DNA of 64,000 nucleotides from Bacteroidota bacterium (GTDB lineage Bacteria; Bacteroidota; Bacteroidia; Palsa-948): NCBI GenBank assembly GCA_023251675.1, contig JAHEYJ010000001.1, positions 1,671 to 65,670 of the forward strand, read 5' to 3'. Shown piece by piece: positions 57,300 to 64,000 of this stretch (position 1 is its first letter; each line of letters starts with the position of its first letter). The notes under the pieces were generated by a model. It saw only the letters and a program-made list of their open reading frames with translations, ran no database searches and was not told where the DNA came from. The position numbers and the translations under genes were made by a program.

Positions 57300-57665
57300 A
57301 TGTTAACTTACACAGGTGTCATTAAGGTAAAAGGAAACGAGCAAAAGGTCTCCGATCGTTTCAGGAAAAGAGAATTTGTTCTCACCGATAACTCGCCAAG
57401 CTATCCGCAGACCATTTTGTTTCAACTCACCCAGGACCGGTGTTCCCTGCTGGATAACGCAAAATTAGGAGATGAGATCACCGTTCATTTTCAGCTCAAA
57501 GGCCGTGAATGGAAAAACCCGCAGGGAGAGATCAAGTTTTTTAACTCCCTGGATGTTTTTAAGATCGAAAACTCCAAAAGCAGTTCCTCATCTGAAAATA
57601 TTTCCGAACCTAGTTTCAACAATGAAACACTTGTTCCTACTCCGGACGATGATTTGCCTTTCTAA
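57300..57665 (+). CDS. DUF3127 family protein
   Basis: 121 aa. Pattern GVIKVKGNEQKVSDRFRKREFVLTD…ILFQLTQDRCSLLD typical of DUF3127. Confidence 0.6.
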   Translation: MLTYTGVIKVKGNEQKVSDRFRKREFVLTDNSPSYPQTILFQLTQDRCSLLDNAKLGDEITVHFQLKGREWKNPQGEIKFFNSLDVFKIENSKSSSSSENISEPSFNNETLVPTPDDDLPF

Positions 57666-57682
57666 ATGATAAATTAAACACT

Positions 57683-58297
57683 ATGCTGAAATATTTTTTT
57701 CTGCCGTTTCTGTTCATCATTTGTATTTCATCTTCTGCCTTTTCCCAGGTTGATTCGGCCGGGTCGCTTAAAAGCGGCATTGCGCAGTTCCAGGAGGGGA
57801 ATTATGAAGGAGCGGAGATTGAACTTAATAAAGCCGTAGAGTTGAATCCCAAAAACCCGGAAGGTTTTTTTTACCTCGCTGAAGTTTCTTTTTTACAGGG
57901 GGAGAACAAAAAAGCGATGGAGAAGTACAATAAGACGATAGAGCTGAATCCGAAATATGCTAAAGCCTATAAAGGCAGGGGAAAGGTAAAAGCAAAACTG
58001 AGTGATTACCTTGGATCTATAGAAGATTTCACAAAAGCAATTGAAATTGATAAGTCATTTTCTGATGCGTATTTTAACAGGGCGCTTTCTTATCTCAACC
58101 TGAAGGATTATAAAAACGCCATAACCGATTTTTCCAAAGTGATTGAAATCAATCCCAAGGATTTCCAGGCGTGGGCGCAGAGAGGGACAGCCAAATATCA
58201 TAGTGAAGATAAAAAAGGCGCTTGTTCCGACTGGAGCAAGGCGGGCGAGCTGGGTTATTTTAAAATTTATGATACGATTAAAAAAAATTGTAAATAA
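57683..58297 (+). CDS. TPR-repeat secreted protein or lipoprotein
   Basis: Signal peptide. Four or five TPR units (…AYFNRALSYLNLKDYKNAI…). Confidence 0.8.
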   Translation: MLKYFFLPFLFIICISSSAFSQVDSAGSLKSGIAQFQEGNYEGAEIELNKAVELNPKNPEGFFYLAEVSFLQGENKKAMEKYNKTIELNPKYAKAYKGRGKVKAKLSDYLGSIEDFTKAIEIDKSFSDAYFNRALSYLNLKDYKNAITDFSKVIEINPKDFQAWAQRGTAKYHSEDKKGACSDWSKAGELGYFKIYDTIKKNCK

Positions 58298-58306
58298 ATT
58301 TATAGC

Positions 58307-58684
58307 ATGCTAAATCCACTTTTCATAGCAGCAGAAGGTGATGTGACGCCCAATATTTCTTTAGACGCCGGGAGAAATATCTTTGAAATTGAGGGATGGT
58401 CGCACCCGGAAGATGCGATTGCTTTTTATACTCCTGTTGCGGACTGGTTAAGCCGGTATGAAGGATCGCCCAATCCGCAAACTGATTTTTATTTCAAGTT
58501 TCAATATTATAATACGGCTTCTGCAAAACAAATAGTCCGGATTATTTCTGCTCTTGAGAGTATTTCCAGGAAAAGTAAAGTGGCCATTCACTGGCATTAC
58601 GATGCAGAAGACAGTGATATGCTTGCCGCTGGTGAGCGGTTTGCGAAGATGTGCGACATTCCTTTTAAATTCGTTACTTACTGA
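58307..58684 (+). CDS. DUF1987 (SiaC-like) partner-switching protein
   Basis: 125 aa. Pattern IFEIEGWSHPED…FYTPVADWL…FYFKFQYYNTASAKQI matches the DUF1987/SiaC family. Convergent with, and overlapping by 10 nt, the SpoIIE phosphatase gene. Confidence 0.6.
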   Translation: MLNPLFIAAEGDVTPNISLDAGRNIFEIEGWSHPEDAIAFYTPVADWLSRYEGSPNPQTDFYFKFQYYNTASAKQIVRIISALESISRKSKVAIHWHYDAEDSDMLAAGERFAKMCDIPFKFVTY

Positions 58685-60941
58685 TCCCGGTTTTTATTCC
58701 AACCAGTAATACATCATCTATTTGCACGTGCGCTCCTTTCCACGTATCAAATTCATTTATAATAATTTTTTCCTGTTCCTTGCAATTTAAATGTCCTATA
58801 CGAAGAAATAACGGCTCTAATCTCTTCGTAAAATATTTTTTTCTGCTGGCCCCACCCACCTGGTCCGGGAATCCATCGGTAAAAAGAAAAACGGATGTAT
58901 TTTTATTCAACGAAATTTCTTTTTGAGCGAATTCGGCATTTTTATTGCTGAACATGCTGCCAATTGAATAGAGATCACCTTTTATTTCATCAGCTAAATT
59001 ATCCTGTACCAGAAACACAGAGTGATTAGCGCCTGCGAAAATCATTTTAGTCCTTTCTTTATTGAAAAGGCAAATGGAGATGTCCATCCCATCGTCCTGT
59101 GACCGTGATTCCTGGTGAAGGGCCTGCGAGATCCCTTTCTGTAAATGGTTCAGTATTTCAGCCGGCTGAAGTATTCCTTGTTCATTTACGATTTTATTAA
59201 GAAGCGTATTTCCGATGGTACTCATCAGGGCGCCGGGTACGCCATGCCCGGTACAATCGGCAACTGCAAAAATCACCCCGCCGGTATATTCTTCAAAGGA
59301 AGCATCAATTTTTATTTTACCCGAAGAAAGCAAAGGAACGGGGAAGTACCAGTAAAAGTCCCCGCTTACAATATCCTTTGGCCGGAAGAAAATAAAATGA
59401 TCCGGAAAATACTTCGAGAGTTCTTCGCCGGAAGGAAGAATCGCCTCCTGAATCCGCTTCGCATAATTGATGCTGTCGGTGATCTTTTTGTTTTTAACGG
59501 AAAGTTCGTTGCGGTGAGATTCAATTTCTTCTTTTTGTTTCTGCACCTGTTCTTTTTGAAGTGTGATCTTTTTATTCGCTTTTTTCTTCTGTACATAAGC
59601 CCTCCACATATAAAGAGCAAACACCAGGGTTAAAAGAAGGCCGAGGCCCGCAAAAAGAAGAATTATATTTTTCTTTTTATTTTCTGCCGCCGCGATAGCC
59701 GCCTGCTTGTCCTGTTCGGCCTTCATTGCGGCTTCTTTCTTTTCAAAAGCAAAGTTCATCTCTTTTCGGGTAAGCTCTTTCTTATTTTCCAGGTTGAAAA
59801 TGATATCCTTCGCTGACATGGCCTTTTTGAAGTGCAGGATCGAGAGCCGGTAGTTCGTTGCTGCTTCTTCATACCGTTTGTTCCTTGCTGCCACTTGCGC
59901 AGTGGTATCATAAAATTTTGAAAGTGATTCTTCATCCTGCCGCAGGTCATTGACAGCGCCAATACTATCATCAAATGCGACTGCCTTTTTCAGGTAAACT
60001 TCCGCTTCTTTGAATTTCCCCATGGAAGTATATAGGGAGCCGATGTTGCTGAAATGCCTGGCAACCCCGTTTTGATTTCCAATCTCCTCATCAATTTTCA
60101 AAGCTTTGAAATAGTAGTCCAGCGCCTTGTTGCATAACGCTTCACTCTCCGGATTCTTTATTTGCGGATTCGCTGTTCTCGACAGATCGTCATAAATATT
60201 CCCGATGTTTCCCAGCGCAATGGCCTGGTAGCTTTTATTTCTCAGCTCCTCTGCAATTTTCAGGGAACGCTGATAGTAATCCAATGTTATTTTATAGAGT
60301 GAATCACGGAGCGGAGAAGCAGAAGCGCTGGCTTCATCGTAATATACGATTCCGATATTCCCAAGAGCGGCGGCCATTTCCATTTTATTTCCCAGTTCTT
60401 CATCAATCGTTAAAGCTTTTAAAAAATAGTCCAATCCTTTTTGATTATCATTTTGATCTTTATAAATGGTTCCCAGATTGAGGTAGCAGGAAGCCATTCC
60501 TTTTTTGGCAACATTTTTCTCAGAGGGGTTCATGGCAATGCCCAATAGTTCTTCATATATCTTTAATGCTTTCAGTGTATAGTCAAGGGCTTTGGGATAG
60601 TCGCCTTTTATCTGATGGTATACACCGAGATTTTCAAGAGAACCGGTCAGTAATCCTTTTATCTTTGATTTGTCAGGAAGAGTGCTATTGTTAGAAAGAA
60701 GGTTTTCTGAAAGTGTTAATGCCTGCTTGCTTAAAAGGATTGAAGTGTCGGGGTTATTGTACATTAATTCCCACCCGAGATTATTCAGATGAATAATTTT
60801 TGCAGTATCTGTTTTATCTTTCTTTAATAAAGATAAAAGGGAATCGGAATAACTTTGTTGGGCAAATCCGGTTGCTGAGAGAATCAGAAGCGCAACCGTA
60901 CCCATTCTTGATTTAATATGGAAGCAGGAGTTACATAACAT
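58674..60941 (-). CDS. TPR-repeat sensor with TM, coiled coil and PP2C/SpoIIE phosphatase domain (insertion-free paralogue of the 25125 gene C-terminus)
   Basis: 755 aa. N-terminal TPRs. …KITDSINYAKRIQEAILP…SGDFYWYFP…VADCTGHGVPGA…IDDVLLVGIK. Confidence 0.8.
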   Translation of the reverse strand: MLCNSCFHIKSRMGTVALLILSATGFAQQSYSDSLLSLLKKDKTDTAKIIHLNNLGWELMYNNPDTSILLSKQALTLSENLLSNNSTLPDKSKIKGLLTGSLENLGVYHQIKGDYPKALDYTLKALKIYEELLGIAMNPSEKNVAKKGMASCYLNLGTIYKDQNDNQKGLDYFLKALTIDEELGNKMEMAAALGNIGIVYYDEASASASPLRDSLYKITLDYYQRSLKIAEELRNKSYQAIALGNIGNIYDDLSRTANPQIKNPESEALCNKALDYYFKALKIDEEIGNQNGVARHFSNIGSLYTSMGKFKEAEVYLKKAVAFDDSIGAVNDLRQDEESLSKFYDTTAQVAARNKRYEEAATNYRLSILHFKKAMSAKDIIFNLENKKELTRKEMNFAFEKKEAAMKAEQDKQAAIAAAENKKKNIILLFAGLGLLLTLVFALYMWRAYVQKKKANKKITLQKEQVQKQKEEIESHRNELSVKNKKITDSINYAKRIQEAILPSGEELSKYFPDHFIFFRPKDIVSGDFYWYFPVPLLSSGKIKIDASFEEYTGGVIFAVADCTGHGVPGALMSTIGNTLLNKIVNEQGILQPAEILNHLQKGISQALHQESRSQDDGMDISICLFNKERTKMIFAGANHSVFLVQDNLADEIKGDLYSIGSMFSNKNAEFAQKEISLNKNTSVFLFTDGFPDQVGGASRKKYFTKRLEPLFLRIGHLNCKEQEKIIINEFDTWKGAHVQIDDVLLVGIKTGISK

Positions 60942-61048
60942 TTCAAAACATTAAAACAGTATTCACGGATCGTTGTGCCGGTTTAATAACCAGGCCAATT
61001 TCAGAATAAAAGTATGCAGCAAAAACAGAACCCGATAACTTAAAAAAT

Positions 61049-62230
61049 CTATTCAAAAGCACTGATCCCTGTAACGTCGTATCCGGTAATAAGCAGATGA
61101 ACGTCGTGCGTGCCTTCGTACGTGATGACCGACTCCAGGTTCATCATATGGCGCATGATCGGATACTCACCGGTAATGCCCATAGCTCCGTGAACTTGTC
61201 TTGCTTCACGGGCTATTTGCAGCGCCATACTAACATTATTTCGTTTAGCCATCGATATCTGCTGGGGCGTAGCGCGGTTTTCATTTTTCAGCATTCCCAG
61301 CCTCCAGCAAAGTAATTGCGCTTTGGTGATCTCGGTGATCATCTCCGCCAGTTTTTTCTGTGTCAGCTGAAAAGATGCAATCGGTTTTCCAAACTGAATT
61401 CTTTCTTTGGAATACCGGAGTGCAGAGTCATAACAATCCAATGCAGCGCCGATGGCGCCCCAGGCAATTCCGTAACGGGCGGAATTCAAACATCCGAGCG
61501 GGCCTTTTATGCCTTTAATGTTCGGCAGAATATTTTCTTTAGGAACTTTTACATTATCAAAAACAAGTTCGCCGGTTGCAGAAGCGCGTAAACTCCATTT
61601 ACCATGTGTTTCAGGAGTGGTGAACCCCTTCATCCCGCGTTCAACGATCATTCCCTGGATTACGCCCTCTTCATTTTTTGCCCACACGACGGCGATATCG
61701 GCAAACGGGGAATTGGATATCCACATTTTTGCTCCATTTAATATCACGTGATCGCCTTTGTCCTTAAAGTTGGTGATCATTCCGTTCGGATTAGAGCCAT
61801 GATCAGGCTCGGTGAGGCCGAAACATCCCATCAGTTCTCCCTTGGCCAGTTTGGGAAGGTATTTTTTCTTCTGCGCTTCACTTCCATAAGCATAGATCGG
61901 ATACATGACCAGTGAACTCTGAACAGAAGCAGTTGAACGTAACCCGGAATCGCCTCGCTCCAGTTCCATCATGATCAATCCGTAGGACATCTGATCAAGC
62001 CCGGCACCTCCGTATTCAGCCGGGATATAAGGACCAAAAGCGCCAATCTCTGCAAGCCCTTTTACCCACTGTTTTGGGAATTGAGCTTTCTGGCAAGCTT
62101 CTTCCACTATGGGCGACACTTCTTTTTTCACCCAGGCGCGGGTGGTGTCGCGGATCAATTTGTGTTCATCGGTAAGTAATTCATCCATCAAATAATAATC
62201 GTGATACTGGAAGTTATCTGCTTTTGCCAT
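61049..62230 (-). CDS. acyl-CoA dehydrogenase (glutaryl-CoA dehydrogenase-like)
   Basis: 393 aa. ACAD motifs …GLTEPDHGSNP…, …YEGTHDVH…. Confidence 0.9.
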   Translation of the reverse strand: MAKADNFQYHDYYLMDELLTDEHKLIRDTTRAWVKKEVSPIVEEACQKAQFPKQWVKGLAEIGAFGPYIPAEYGGAGLDQMSYGLIMMELERGDSGLRSTASVQSSLVMYPIYAYGSEAQKKKYLPKLAKGELMGCFGLTEPDHGSNPNGMITNFKDKGDHVILNGAKMWISNSPFADIAVVWAKNEEGVIQGMIVERGMKGFTTPETHGKWSLRASATGELVFDNVKVPKENILPNIKGIKGPLGCLNSARYGIAWGAIGAALDCYDSALRYSKERIQFGKPIASFQLTQKKLAEMITEITKAQLLCWRLGMLKNENRATPQQISMAKRNNVSMALQIAREARQVHGAMGITGEYPIMRHMMNLESVITYEGTHDVHLLITGYDVTGISAFE

Positions 62231-62288
62231 AAAAAATAAGTTTAATGGTTTAAATATGAATATTCAAAAAAAGTTCTTTAATATCAAG

Positions 62289-62373
62289 TACCGAAGACGA
62301 GGGTCGAACTCGTACAGGTGTTAAGCCTACTGGTGTTTGAGACCAGCGCGTCTACCAATTCCGCCACTTCGGC
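62289..62373 (-). tRNA. tRNA-Leu (anticodon CAA)
   Basis: Reverse complement GCCGAAGTGGCGGAATTGGTAGACGCGCTGGTCTCAAACACCAGTAGGCTTAACACCTGTACGAGTTCGACCCTCGTCTTCGGTA. Class-II cloverleaf with long variable arm. Anticodon loop CTCAAAC. G1-U72 wobble pair. CCA not encoded. Confidence 0.8.
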
Positions 62374-62412
62374 AAATGCAATGCAAATTTATAAAGTTGA
62401 CGGAATAAATGT

Positions 62413-62829
62413 CTATTTCTTTATGGGGTTCAGGTAATAATTTTCTTTTTCCCGCATCTTCTTTTTCTCCCCTGCTTTTTTATCCTTGTATCCGCAGAGG
62501 TGAAGCACGCCATGGATCATCACACGATGCAATTCATTTTCGAAAGCTACATTAAGATTTTTGGAATTGTCTCTTATCCTTGGAATACTTATATAGATCT
62601 CTCCGGTAAGTTCTTTGGAAGGGTATTGAAAAGTAAGGATGTCTGTCAGCGTGTTATGCCTTAGAAATTTTTTATTCAGTTCAAGGAGAAAATGATCAGA
62701 ACAAAAAATAAAATTGATCTTTCCTGCTTTCTTTTTTTCTTTCTTGATAAGAGAAAGGATTAATTTTCTTACTGCACTTCTTCTTTTAAGAGAAAAGGAA
62801 ATGGTTTGACTGGAAAAATCAATACGCAT
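62413..62829 (-). CDS. ybeY: rRNA maturation endoribonuclease YbeY
   Basis: Zn-binding motif HGVLHLCGYKD. Start at MRIDFSS chosen to avoid overlap with accC. Confidence 0.8.
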   Translation of the reverse strand: MRIDFSSQTISFSLKRRSAVRKLILSLIKKEKKKAGKINFIFCSDHFLLELNKKFLRHNTLTDILTFQYPSKELTGEIYISIPRIRDNSKNLNVAFENELHRVMIHGVLHLCGYKDKKAGEKKKMREKENYYLNPIKK

Positions 62830-62896
62830 TCTGCTGTTTGCCGCCGCTGCCCTCCGCCAAAGGACGGATTTACCCTGGCGAACTGCTGTAGCCGTT

Positions 62897-64000
<1,104 letters not shown>

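Overview
The window reads as a Bacteroidota chromosomal segment. Several proteins carry type-IX-secretion (T9SS) C-terminal sorting domains (CTDs), and two PorP/SprF genes are present. There is an sdhCAB-type succinate dehydrogenase, a LytS/LytTR two-component pair, and a TonB-dependent receptor followed by a CTD-bearing protein and a beta-barrel outer-membrane protein. The right half is mostly housekeeping: greA, ruvC, a HIT protein, ybeY, accC (partial), an acyl-CoA dehydrogenase, hppD, M28 and M42 peptidases, and tRNA-Leu(CAA). The left ~5.2 kb is the most interesting part. It is an AT-rich accessory array of tandem modules, each ordered [small gene: signal peptide + single YD repeat + T9SS type-A CTD] -> [RHS core fragment + variable C-terminal toxin tip] -> [immunity-like gene]. 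This reads as a polymorphic RHS toxin-tip/immunity system that has not been described in a T9SS context. Three further oddities stand out. A complete DUF559 (Vsr-like endonuclease) module sits in-frame inside the PP2C/SpoIIE phosphatase domain of a large sensor protein, bracketed by GC-rich hairpins that encode the peptide PLGRG. A similar hairpin lies in-frame in an unrelated membrane protein. Heptanucleotide tandem repeats occur inside coding regions: in a LuxE-like gene and in the signal peptides of an amidohydrolase and a LytS-type kinase. A cytochrome c gene is flanked by three direct copies of the last ~12 codons of the upstream SpoIIE-domain gene. No CRISPR array and no rRNA gene were seen.
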